64,000 nucleotides of DNA from the human T2T-CHM13v2.0 reference genome, Homo sapiens. The first letter of the stretch is position 1. Each line of letters starts with the position of its first letter. Positions 50,887 through 64,000 of the stretch are shown in pieces. The stretch lies in NCBI RefSeq assembly GCF_009914755.1, contig NC_060927.1, one strand, 5' to 3'. The translations under genes were made by a program, and so were the position numbers. The notes below the pieces were generated by a model. The model searched no databases. It saw only the letters and a list, made by a program, of their open reading frames with translations, and was not told where the DNA came from.

Positions 50887-52707
50887 AACCTACAGTTAAT
50901 TCACATCATACAGAAGGTCTAGGGAGATATTAATGAAAAAAAGGAAATGTTGAGCCCTTAATAGACCTGTTACCTTTGTAATTCTATAAACCATTGACAT
51001 GAACATACCTAGTAGACTCACTGCTATTTGAGTAAAATTTAAATTTTTTCCCCAGTTTCCATGCCTTGACCCACATTCTCTGCTTTCCCAGATCCTTCAG
51101 CTATCCATATTCAACTCCCCGTAATGGCTAACGGAATCCTATTTTTTCCATGATATGTCAATTTGCTGAAGACTTCAGTAGAAAAGAATGCTATTAATAA
51201 CATTGATCTCTCCCGTTATATAACACATTAGAAATGTTAGAGCTTTTTCCAAAAGGCATCATTTTTACTTTTCATGACCCTAGGAGACAGGTTATTATAA
51301 TGGCCTTTTGGTGGAGTAGGAAACCAAATCTCTGAGGTTAAAAGCAAGTAAGTTGTAGATGAGGGCCCAAGTCAGGATTTATGCTGCAAATGTTATACTC
51401 TGTTCTCTATTACTTGCCTGTCTTTGTTCTCACTGAACCACTAGGGCACTTATCCATTCATTCATTCAACAAATATTCATTGAGCACCTACTATATTCTT
51501 CTATAACACATTTCTATAACATGAATTAGCACACACATGATTGGTAAATAGAGCAATATCAATAAAATATGGGGATCATCTTGGTGCTCTCCAGCACATT
51601 AATTTTTGACGTATTAAAGTTCACTGACGCGGGTGAATGCAGTGAGCTATGAAAGAACAGAGTGTGCACACGAGGCCTGTCTCCTACGTTCCTCCTCGTG
51701 ACTCAGTATCACTAGGTGTTCCATCTTGGAAGTACTTATTATTCTAGTTTTCTTCATCTTTTTTTTTTTTTTTGGATTTTTACCTCATCTCCAAGATTCA
51801 GCTTTGACTTAAACCTTCCATTAAGCTATCTCTACCTTTCTTTGCATTTGTTAGTCCTTCTATATGTCAGTTTTATTTACTAGGGATTCATCCTGTCTTT
51901 TAACCGTGATGGATTTTTAAGATGATTCTTGTTGTGCTCTGCTTACAAAGTATGTAACCTGAGTGGTCTACCCTGACCTATTTTTGTTCTGTCACCTCTT
52001 ATTTTTGATGTCTGATTGTGTAGGGCATAGAATTTTAATGTTTGTATGCATGTTAGCATAAATGTCTATATTTGCCAAGTAACATGTCTCTGTGTGTGTG
52101 TTTGTATGTATTCTCCACAGTAAAGTGTCAAATTTCTATATATTTTTTCCCAAAACATTTATGCCGCAAAATTGAAAAAGTCTGCTTTTAATTGTTCTAG
52201 CCAGAGATTATTGAAAAGCTCCTACATACTAGGTATGTTACCATTTTATTTAATTCTCATAGCAACCACATAAATCTGAATCTTTCTATCCCCATCTTTG
52301 GCAAAGGATTTGAACCTCAGGCAGTCTGACTCTTCCTTTTTTTACTCCACCATGTTTCTATTTTTTGCAAGCTAAATATAATTTCACATTGAAAAATTGT
52401 TCTTCCTAAGCCTAGAAACTTAGGGAAATTGGGGGTGCTGGCAAAAAAACGTTGAATTGCATTTGCCTTTCCACCATCCCTTCAAAGACTTTCAAGTAAA
52501 TTTTCTAGTTTTCCCAGTTAGGTTCAGTCCCGCTAATACTAATGTCTAGCTCTTCTTACCCCAAACCCACTAATAATGAAATTTATCATCTCATTTAAGG
52601 TAAATAAACACAAAATAATTGGATGACATGTTTTGATAAATATAGAGTAAATATATGAGCTTTGTAATTTTTTAGGACCTGTGAATAATCTGTGTTTACA
52701 AAGGAGA

Positions 52708-53143
52708 GCTGTTTTAGTTAAAATAATCCTATTTGCTCTAACAGATACTCCCCAATCCAATATCCCAGAGGCTCAATATAATAAAAGTTTGTCACTCTTA
52801 ACAGTCTAACTTGGGTGCTCCTGGTCTGGTAGTTTTTTCTCAATATTGAATTTGGAGACTCCATTTCCTTCCATTTTCAACCCTATATTTTTCAATGCTT
52901 GTGTCTGACGCTACCCTGGGGAGTCTTCATTATAGTCAACCCGATGCAGAAAAGACCATGGAGAATTATGAGGGAGGATTTTATGTGGAAACCCCAAAAT
53001 GACATATATTGCTGCTGCTGCATTACACTGGCTACAACTCAGTTTTGTGGCTACTCCTGACCACAAGGGAGGCTAGTAGTCTAGCTGTGTGCCCAAAAGG
53101 AAAAGGAACTAGATTTTATGCACAGCTAGCCAATTTCTACCAC
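52708..53143 (-). mobile_element. MLT1J-like LTR
   Basis: caagggaggct..tagtctagctgtgtgccca..aggaaaagga...agctagcca..tctaccaca. Confidence 0.7.
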
Positions 53144-53783
53144 AGGGCCAACATAAGTTCTTTAACAGCTCAAGTTTTATGCCTGTAACTATTGCTTCCA
53201 GCAGAATAAATTTCTCTTCGGCAAGCTGTGATAAATGTTATGACTTCATATTTTATTTTATGACACCTCTGCTTCATTCTCCCTAAATTGCCTTATTGCG
53301 TTTCATTATGGGCACTAATGATGAATTAAGTTGGACTGCTTAATAATTAAAAGTATTTCTAGGATGAAACCATCTTCTCTCTCGGAAGAAAGTACTTGGC
53401 TTTGTTCACAGCTGTAGTACTCAGTAAAAGAGAATTAGAATTCTTAAGAAATGAACACACAGACCTCCCAACAAGTGACATTGACAGGATTGTTCTGTTC
53501 GATTGTAAAAGAAAGGAATTTATATAAAATCAAAAAAAGCTTTTTACCAAGCTATAAAAATGAATGGTACAAACTTTTAATAACTTTAAGGATGCTAAAC
53601 CTGGAATGAGCTGACATCTGAAAGAAAACTCTAGAAACAATTTCTGTTGCATATGTACAGAAATATGGAGGAGGAATGGTCCCATGGTTTGGGACCAAGC
53701 ATAAATGTTACCTAATGTCAAACAGTTACCCAGTTTTTATTTTTATTTTTTGTTTGCTTTTGCTATTAAGTGGTAGTGTCTTA

Positions 53784-53989
<206 letters not shown>

Positions 53990-54399
53990 GTACCATATTG
54001 TGGATTAAAATGTGTATTTGTGGGAGTGTGTTTTTTCTAGGAAGAATTTTCTATAGACTTCACTAGATTTTCAAAGCATCTTGTGATATTCTCTCAGAAA
54101 GGCTAGGACTGTGCCCATGTTAAAAGAATGAATCTTAATGTTGGTGACAACACAGTACATAGGATTGCTTTAAAGAAGTTCAAGTCTCCAGACGTGCAAT
54201 GATAAAAAAACATGAGCATGGGACCTCAGAACCATTTTTAGCGACATTTACTTATGCACATGGTCGCTAAACAAATATTGCTTGAGTGCCTTTTCCATGT
54301 CTCCTGCTGTGCTTAAATATTCCTGCAGATAGCAGGAGAGTTGCTAGAAATTTGAGAATGAGGGCTATGACGAGGCAGGGGGGAAATGTGGCTCCATGA

Positions 54400-54640
54400 T
54401 AGTGTCCACGAGCTTTTGTTGGCATCAGGCATACAAGGTACGAATCCTACTTCTTCCATGTTTTATCTATCTGATCTCGGGTAAGTTAGGGAACATTTCT
54501 GTACCTCCATTTGTTCTACAAAAGGATTCATGTACCCGTTTCTTCGTATTGTTATGAAGAATATGTTAAATAATACATGTAATATACTTAATACAATGTC
54601 TGGTACACAGTAAAATCTCAATAAGTGGTCATTATTATTC
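54400..54640 (+). mobile_element. MIR
   Basis: gaatcct.ct...gggtaagtta...taatacatgtaa..cttaatacaatgtctggtacacagtaa..ctcaataa. Confidence 0.7.
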
Positions 54641-54699
54641 GGTGTCCTCAAATATGTGAGTATCTTCCAGATATAAGATGAATTGGGTTTAGTACGGGT

Positions 54700-54950
54700 G
54701 GCCCTGTAGGGAGAATAGAAACCAATGGGTCTGAGTTTTAGGAAGATGCAGTTCAGCTTAACATAGCCAATCTTTTAATAATCCTAGAAACAGATAAAAA
54801 TGGAACCAGGGCACAGGGCAATGAACTCCCATCGCTGGGAGGATTTAAATAGAAGAAGCCACTATTTCTCAGGGAAGAGAAAAATCTTTCTACATGATTA
54901 AACTAAGTTGCATTTGACATTTCAACTAAAGTTAGCATTCTATGAATGTT
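54700..54950 (+). mobile_element. L3/CR1 fragment
   Basis: agaaaccaatggg..gtttt..ttcagcttaacata...aaaatggaa...gaactcccatcgctgggagg. Confidence 0.55.
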
Positions 54951-55168
54951 CTTAATAATTATCATATAGAAAAGGAGGTTAGAAAGAACCTGAATCTCAG
55001 TTTTTCTATCCTTGTGTATAAGAGAAATGTTTTTCAAAGTGTAACTTAAGTTTCTCAAATCCAGGAAGAGATTGAAAGACAGGAAAATTATCCCATACAG
55101 GTATGTTGTCTCTTAAGAAAATGTGACCCATGGTATCTAAAGTGGCAATACGCACACAAGGTACTGAT

Positions 55169-55170
<2 letters not shown>

Positions 55171-55216
<46 letters not shown>

Positions 55217-55501
55217 GAGACAGAGTCTCGCTCTGTCGCTCAGGCTGGAGTGCAGTGGCGCCTTCTCGGCTCACTGCAAGCTCCGCCTCCCAGGTTCATG
55301 CCATTCTCCTGCCTCAGCCTCCTGAGCAGCTAGGACTACAGGCACCCGCCACCACGCCCGGCTAATTTTGTTTTCGTATTTTTAGTAGAGACGGGGTTTC
55401 ACTGTGTTAGCCACGATGGTCTCGATCTCCTGACCTCCTGATCTGCCCACCTTGGCCTCCCAAAGTGCTGGGATTACAGGTGTGAGCCACCGCGCCCAGC
55501 C
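55171..55501 (-). mobile_element. AluY with T45 tail
   Basis: gcaagctccgcctccc..ttcatgccattctcc and gtgttagcca.gatggtctcgatctcc. TSD ggtactg(a)ttcttt. Confidence 0.96.
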
Positions 55502-56714
55502 GGTACTGTTCTTTTCTTAACAGAGGGTTTTCCCACTGAGATTTCCTTCAATTTACAGACAATTGTAGAGACAACTTACAAATGTATGAAGTGACATAGT
55601 CTTCTTTCTCTCTCTCTCTCTTTTTTTTTTTTTTTTTTTGGTCAGAGATCGTCTATAGTACTAATTCAGAAGTATAGCTCATACATTTCTCTCAATTCAA
55701 GGGCAGAGTGAAAAATACAATTTCAGAGTAAATTTGTGTGTTAACTTATTTCTGTAACAGTAGAGTTGAAATAACTATCAGGAAATATTGTTACAAAAAT
55801 GGGTTCCTACTTGTATCTATCTCAATTAGTGGACAATCAAATGCCAGGAATTTCTTTCATCAAAATAAAGTTACATCTTAATGTGAAATGATAACACTCA
55901 TCTGAGTCTGTTCAATAGCCAACAAAAAATTAAGCTGGTAAGGATAATTAATCTTTACAGTCCCATATTTTGAACGTTTTTGGGGAAAAAGTTATCAAGA
56001 TTAAGGATCAGGTCAATAATTATGAATTTGTAAATCTAAAAGCAACATAAAAGTGGATATCCAGTCTAAAATAGTACTCCAGCACTTAGTGACATTCGGG
56101 GTTTACTCACTATGTATTAGAAACAGACTAATTTTTCTTAGAATTTAAGCTCTAGTCTATCTAAAATCAGCTTGTCTGGCTTTTTCTCTATGCGATGGAA
56201 ATACACACAAGTCAGCCAGATGCAAAAGGTAGCCACAGGGAAATGGGTATGGCCAAGATGGTGCCAATCACACATGAAATCATGTTGTCTGTGATGCTAC
56301 TTAAGCAGCATTAGAAAGAGAAAGGATCACAGATGGAAAATCTCAAATCATGTACCATTCCACCTTCTATATGCTCCAACATGTTATAGCTCAGGGATCT
56401 GAGACACAAAATGTTTAAATTTGTCCAGCACCCCTAGTGGTACAGCAACACATGCTCAAATCTCTTGATGAGTAACATTTTCCATGTCGTACCTGTGGCA
56501 TCTCAGTGACAAATGGATTCTAGGGCCCTGGAATATTGCCACTCACTGAAGTTTCAAAGCTTTTAAAGGTGGGGATTGCTGCAGGAATATTGGGGGCAGG
56601 GTAAGACAGGTATGCCCTCTCAGATAGGCCTTATCCTGCTTGCTCATGGGAAGAGGTAATTCAACCTTCCGGATTTGATAGATGGAACATCTTCTGCCAA
56701 TTATGTGTAAAGTA

Positions 56715-57034
56715 CAGCCGATCTTCAGTATCCATAAAGGACTGGTTCTGGTTCCCCTCTCAGGTACCAAAATCCATGATACTCGTGTCCCTGATAGAAA
56801 ATGCTGTAGTATTTGCATATAACCTGCACACATCGTCCTGTATACTTTAAATCATCTCCAGATTACCTAATACTATGTAAATGCTATATAATAGTTGTTA
56901 CACTGTATTGTTTATGGAATGACAAAGTCTGTGTGTGTTCAGTACAGGTACAACCATTCATATTTTTCAAATATTTTCAATCTGAAACTGGTTGAATCCA
57001 AGGATGTGGAACTCGAGATACAGAGGGTCCACCG
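56715..57034 (+). mobile_element. MER2
   Basis: TA|cag...taccaaaatcc..gtagtatttgcatataacct..tactttaaatcatctc.agattac...ggttgaatcca.ggatgtggaac..ccg|TA. Confidence 0.9.
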
Positions 57035-57431
57035 TACAATGCCCGAAATGATGTGGTAATCTCAGTACTAACAGATGGTATTGTCCTGTCTTAACCACCT
57101 GTGCACTATAAATGTACCTCACTGTGACCTGTTTGGATTTGTTGTTGAGCTTCCTAAAGTGAATATAATACCTTGACTTTGCAGGATGGACCCAGCTTCC
57201 ATACATAGCATTATAGAGATTGATATTGTTTGTCTTTGAAAGCTGATTTGAAACATAGAAGTAGTCATTCCAAACTGTGCACTTAGTGGTTAGTGGGGAG
57301 AGGACCACTCTTTATAAGAGGTGTTTCTGAAGAACTAGTCCTGTTGGTTTTAGACAAGAGATACAAAAGTTGAAGAAAACAAAAACAAACTTTTTTTTGA
57401 AAGAGAGGCTTTCTTTTAAAATGCTATAGAC

Positions 57432-57723
57432 CCATGCTGTCCAACAGAAATGTGATATAAGTCAAACATGTAACATAGTTTTCTAGTAGTCACAGACATA
57501 AAAGTACAGACCTAGGTAAAACTAATTTTAATTTAACTTCATATATTTGAAATATTTTAACACAAATCATATTAAAATTTAACTGGCATGTGTCAATTTT
57601 TGTATTACATCTTTAAAATTAGTGTGCATTTTACACTTACAGTATATCTCAATTCTGAGGAGCTATATTTCCACTGCTCAATAGCCACATGTGGCTAATG
57701 GCTATCATACTGGACAGGGACAG
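57432..57723. mobile_element. MER33 (hAT)
   Basis: gctgtccaacagaaat...ttttacacttacag..tctcaatt..gctcaatagccacatgtggcta.tggcta..ctggacag. TSD ctatagac/ctccagac. Confidence 0.85.
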
Positions 57724-57859
57724 CTCCAGACCAAAGACTGCTCATAAATTGCTAGGAAATCATGCCTGATCCATTGGAGAAATTTTGAACTAGAGATATA
57801 TGCCCAAATGTTGTTTCATGAAGGTTTTTAAGCCTCTCAGAAAGGGAAATAACATTTTC

Positions 57860-58260
57860 AGACTTCATGTATGTGTTTGCCATACAGCGTTGTGGGTGTT
57901 GTATGTGACTTGGATCTGGTTCAACTGATATGTGACATGAGGTGACTTTTAGCCATGGTGAGCTCACCAAATAGCTTTCTTCTGGGAATGCTAATATGTT
58001 GATCCTGGGTCTATACAAATGTAGGTGACCATTAAGCTGTGAATGATGGGTCTGGAGTGATCTCACCCCAGTAGAAGGAATGGGATTTCTGAAGCCAAGA
58101 AACAAAGCTGGAAGGGGAAACCTTAGTGCATCAAGGGAGAGGCTGCAGAAAAGCAAGTTCACAGGAGTCAGGGAGAGAGAGGCACCTACATTCAAGGCCT
58201 GAGTGGAGTGAGACAGCACTTCAGAAGTAGAAAGCAATCAAAAGCCTTACGGAAATTGAC
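57860..58260 (-). mobile_element. L2 fragment
   Basis: tgttgtatgtgacttggatctgg...gatgggtctggagtgatctcaccca. Confidence 0.5.
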
Positions 58261-58829
58261 TGACTCAAGTGGTGGACAAGGAGAATTAATAAAAACTAGG
58301 CCTGTCAATAGTAGTTTACTTCTGTGTAATGAGAGCACAAGCAGAGATGTCTGTGTTTATGTCTGAGCTGGAAAAAAGACTCACAGAAAGCAGTAGGACA
58401 CAGTGAAAGCTAGAGCCCTCTTTATGATTTTGAGGGAAATATATATCATTTCCCTCCATTCTAGTCATAGGTACAAAAAGAGAAAGAAAGTTGAAAAGAA
58501 TCTTAAGGATAATCAACCTTCCCTACTACACCTGATTTTCTTAAGGCCCCACAGAAGGGCATCAGGAGAGTAAGATTAACATAATCCCATGTCTCCTGAC
58601 CAATGAGGCTTTATTCCATGGCTGTTCCTGCAGCATTTTAGTATTCCTAGATGCTTCTAAGGAGAAGGTCCTGGTCTCCTCTGTTAGCAGAATGAAAGCC
58701 CGCATTGGTTATTACCTACTCCCTCTAGGTATATTGAAGAACTCTTCTTTTACCCTCTCTGATACCTGTGATGTCTGATGTGCTTAATGAGTAAAACACA
58801 CTTGCAGAGAGTGATGTTTCCCAGAAAGC

Positions 58830-59340
58830 ATATTGATGATATGGAGAAACTGGAAATCTTCTGTGTTGCTCATGTGAGTATAAAAGGGTATAACCATTTT
58901 GGTAAAAAGTATTGCAGTTTCTTATAAAATTAAATATACATCTATTCTATGGCATTGCAGTCTCATTTCTATGTGTTTGCTGTTCAAAAAAAAAAAAAAA
59001 AAACCTTGTACAAGAAGGTACATGTTTTAACACCCCAAAATGGGAAACAGGCCAGGTGTCCATCAAAAGGATAATGCATAAACAAACTGCAGCCTACCTG
59101 TATAATGAAACTTAGGAAAAACATGGATGAATCTCAGTAATATTTTGCTGAGTGGAAGAAACATAACACAAACTGTACACATTCAATTATTCCATTTGTA
59201 TGAAGTTTTTGTGAATTTGCACAGATATAACTAATTTATGAAGAATAGTGAATACTGCAAATGTTAAAAATTGTCATGGGTGTTCACTGTAAAACTTTTC
59301 AACTTTTGTTTTTTAAAAAAATTTTATAATGAAGTCTTGG
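58830..59340 (+). mobile_element. L1ME 3' fragment
   Basis: atggagaaactggaa..ggtataaccattttgg..gcagtttcttataaaattaaatataca..aacatggatgaatctca. Confidence 0.7.
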
Positions 59341-59359
59341 GGTATGAATTATTTGTGAA

Positions 59360-60792
<1,433 letters not shown>

Positions 60793-60817
60793 AAATATTG
60801 TACAAAATTTAGACTAG

Positions 60818-61134
60818 GGCTGGGCACAGTGGCTCGCACCTGTAATCCCAGCACTTTGGGAGGCCGAGGTGGGCAGATTGCCTGAAGTCAGGAGTTCAAG
60901 ACCATCCTGGCCAACAGGCCAACATGGTGAAACCCTGTCTCTACTAAAACTATAAAAATTAGCTGGTCGTGGTGGCGGGTGCCTGTAATCCCAGCTACCC
61001 AGGAGGCTGAGGCAGGAGAATTGCTTGAACCCAGGATGCAGAGGTTGCAGTGAGCCAGATCATGCCATTGCACTCCAGCCTGGGTGACAGAGCGAGAGTC
61101 TCAAAAAATAAATAAAATTAAATTAAATAAATAA
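60818..61134 (+). mobile_element. AluS with internal 8-bp duplication
   Basis: Full dimer with ggccaaca x2 (60909-60924). TSD aaaaYttagact. Confidence 0.95.
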
Positions 61135-61169
61135 AAAACTTAGACTGATAGAAGTCAAAATTGTAGAGT

Positions 61170-61405
61170 TTTGTGGGTAAGAGAACTGAATTTGGTACAG
61201 TATGATTTCCTTCATCCTTACTGTGTGACTTCTGGAAATTACTTAGCCTCTCAGTGATTTATTTTACTCCTCTATAAAATAGCAATAAGAGTATGTCCCT
61301 CATAGTAATTTTAACAAAATTGCAGGAGATAAACTGTACTTATCACAGCATTTAACACATTGAGAGCTTAATAAGTGTCAACTCCTACTACTATGATAAT
61401 AATGA
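61170..61405 (+). mobile_element. MIR
   Basis: ctgtgtgact...aattacttagcctctc...ctctataaaat..caataa...gcttaataagtgt. Confidence 0.65.
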
Positions 61406-61501
61406 TCTAGAGGCATTGACCATAATATTTCACTACTTTTTGGCTCAAAAGTTCTTAACCTTCTATGACTGTACTTGTTTCCAAGATTTGGTATTGAGTT
61501 G

Positions 61502-61901
61502 TGTTAAATTAAGTTTAGCCTAAAGCTGCCTCTTTACGTATGTGAAGTTCGGCCTAAAAGTTTCTCCATACAAAGTGAACTATAACCGAAATGCAGGTGC
61601 GAACAGACTGTAACCTACTCTTGTGCCAATCATCGAGTTTTGGCTAATCAAAGATGGCCAACTGTTCAAACCCTGTTCAAATAAGGCAAACACCAAGCTG
61701 TAACCAATCCGGCTGTTTCTGTACCTCACTTCCATTTACTGTACGTCACTTTCTTTTTCTGTCCATGAATGTTCTTTCACCACGTGGCTGCACTGGAATC
61801 TCTCTGAGCCTACTCTGGGTCTGGAGGCTGCCCAATTAGTGAATTGTTCTTTGCTCAATTAAACTGTTTAGTAGGATTTGTCTAAGGTTTCTTTTTGAAC
61901 A
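61502..61901 (+). mobile_element. MER57B-like solo LTR (ERV1), full length
   Basis: tgttaaattaagtttagcctaaagctgcctc...gttcaaataaggcaaac...gctcaattaaact...aaca. Perfect 4-bp TSD gttg. Confidence 0.9.
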
Positions 61902-62749
61902 GTTGTTTAGGTATCTTTTCTAAAAGGACCCAGAACAATGTGCTCTTCTAATTCCTTATCTGACTTCTAATTTTATTTTTCTTCATGGTGCCTTTAATTT
62001 CTTCTCATCAGACTTTTCAAAGTGCTGTCTCTAGCAGTTTCCTCTTTCTGCTCATTTACAACTTCCAGGGTGCTGCTGAACTCTGAACAGTCTTGATACA
62101 ATTGTGTACAAAAGTCCAAAATGGCAAAATGAAGGTGTGTGGTCTCTGCCTACAAATTAAAATACGTGGGTTTTAACATGTTCATTTTGTAATAACCTCG
62201 CTGGACACTGCTTATTGAGTTAAATTTCTCTTTGAGAGGTTGGGAGGATGCTAGTCATACAAACCAAAGAGAATGAATTTAAGATTATTTAAAAATAAAA
62301 AGCAATTGCATTAGTTTTCAATAACATTAACAATGTGAGCTAGCTGTTAACCAAGGGTTTTCTTGAAGAGGTCCTGCTGGGACTACTTTTAATTTGGCAA
62401 TTAGCAGCACCATTTGCATACAAATAATGTGTTGAAGTCCTTAAAAATAGTCCACCTCTATCCCCAATTAGGGCCAATTTCCAATGGAAATCGTGTTAAT
62501 CCTTCTAAATTGTAGAACAAATATTTCCTTAATATATAATGGAAAGATGGTATTGCAACCAGCTCAGAAAGGAAAATCACAGATTTAAAATTAGAAAACT
62601 TCAAATCAGGAAATCTAAATATTGTATTAAAAATGGTAGTCTTTCCCATACCCATTTCATCTCCAATTTTCCAGATCTCCCTTGAACACTGTAGCTTCAG
62701 CTGTTAATTTTGTAAGGTTTTGGAAGTTAGGTTAAAATTGGGAATTTAA

Positions 62750-62870
62750 ATAATCAACTCTAATTCTCTTCTTTTCCAGATAAAGAACAAAGAGAGGGTG
62801 GCATGGCCTTGTCCAAGGTCAGAACACTTGGCAGCTGCCCTAGACTAGAACTCTTCTCTCCTGACTCTCA
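62750..62870 (-). mobile_element. MIR fragment
   Basis: ttttccagataaaga..agagagg..ccttgtccaaggtca..actagaact..tctcctgactc. Confidence 0.6.
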
Positions 62871-64000
62871 ATTTTGTTTTTCATCTCCTACACTGTGTTG
62901 AGTTCCATTTCTGGTTATGCCACGATGGCTTCCATTCTGTCCTCAGTTCCACAAGTCTTTAAACTCCTCCAAACAGCCAACTTTGTCTGTGGTTCAGCTT
63001 TTATCAGTCATTAGTCTCTCTCACTTTGTCAATCTACTTCTAATTGGATACTGCATTTATAGAGCATTCTCAGCAAGAACCAGAGTGAGACAGTTCTACA
63101 TAATTGATATGATTTGAGTGTCAAGTTGAAGTCCTTTTGCTCCTAATTAGCTCTCTTAAGCTTTCTATGGCATCACTTCCCCTCATACTGGCCAATAGTT
63201 CCACTATTATAGTCATGTCTTTAGGTCAAGGCTTACTGGTGCAGAGGCCTACAAAACCCAAGCAGGTAAAAGCAGGTCAAGGTGGCACCTGTCTGTTCTA
63301 TAGACAGTGATTACTAATCTCTTAACTAGTATATGCTGAAAGAGAATTCTGATTTTTTTTCAACGCTAGTACAAGCAGTTTGAATAGCCCATGAGACTAT
63401 CAGTTTCTGACTTCTTCTTTAAATTCATTCATTATTGCACTCCAGATGTACACATTGAGATCCTACCGTGTGTTCAGCACTGTGCTACATACTTTTATTC
63501 TGTAGCTGAAAAAATTGCTTTTACCCCAGTGTAACGAACTCCTCTGTATCACTCCGCTCCTTAAAGCTGGAGTGACTAGAAGAAAGCACTACATGCTTCT
63601 GTTTTCTTCCATTATCACAGAAAATCAGCCCTGCCCCAAACTCTGGAGCACATTTTTTGTCTTTAATTATATAAAAATGAAGCATTCCTGTGATAAGTGT
63701 TTAGGTGACCTTGCACCAGCACAGCCCACCATAGGTCCTTCTAACCATGTGCCCTGTGTTTACCAGTGAGCTTCCTGCCTCGCTCTTCAGATCAACCTTT
63801 CTTCTTTTCTGCTTCTTATCTCAGCACCCAATCAGCGAGGAGGTCCCCCCCATCTCCTCTTAACTCTCTTCCCGCATAGTCTAGCCCAGACCTCAGCATC
63901 TCCCCAGAGTGCTACACTAGTCCTCATCTTAAGCAATGCCCTCTACCCAGACTAAATTTGTCTGGACCTAGACTAAAATGTCAAATAGGAAAAATACAAT

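Noticed and set aside
50855-50895. Perfect TACTAAC branch point next to T29 and CAG
   Set aside because: Order is wrong (the pyrimidine tract precedes the branch point) and the AG is only ~6 nt downstream
57752-58237. 161-aa minus-strand ORF
   Set aside because: Overlaps degenerate L2 sequence; no recognisable protein or exon structure

Overview
AT-rich, CpG-depleted primate (human-like) non-coding genomic DNA. Much of it is recognisable interspersed repeat: Alu/FLAM, MIR, L1 from L1PA to L1ME/HAL1, L2, L3, solo ERV1/MaLR LTRs and an unusually large number of fossil DNA transposons. I find no protein-coding exon, RNA gene, processed pseudogene or CpG island. The ORF track is explained by Alu/L1 read-through and chance; only 46547-47281 is a real (dead) L1 ORF2 C-terminus. 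An excess of + strand T-runs and a few + strand splice-site pairs suggest a large intron transcribed on +, possibly near its promoter, but I cannot name the gene. Repeat names come from recalled consensus sequences and should be confirmed with RepeatMasker/Dfam. I cannot support a new biological system here. The best leads are candidate non-coding exons and enhancers plus several atypical retrotransposition footprints: a tail-less Alu, two ultra-short TSD-flanked inserts, an L1 3'UTR lacking its G-tract, and nested insertions.
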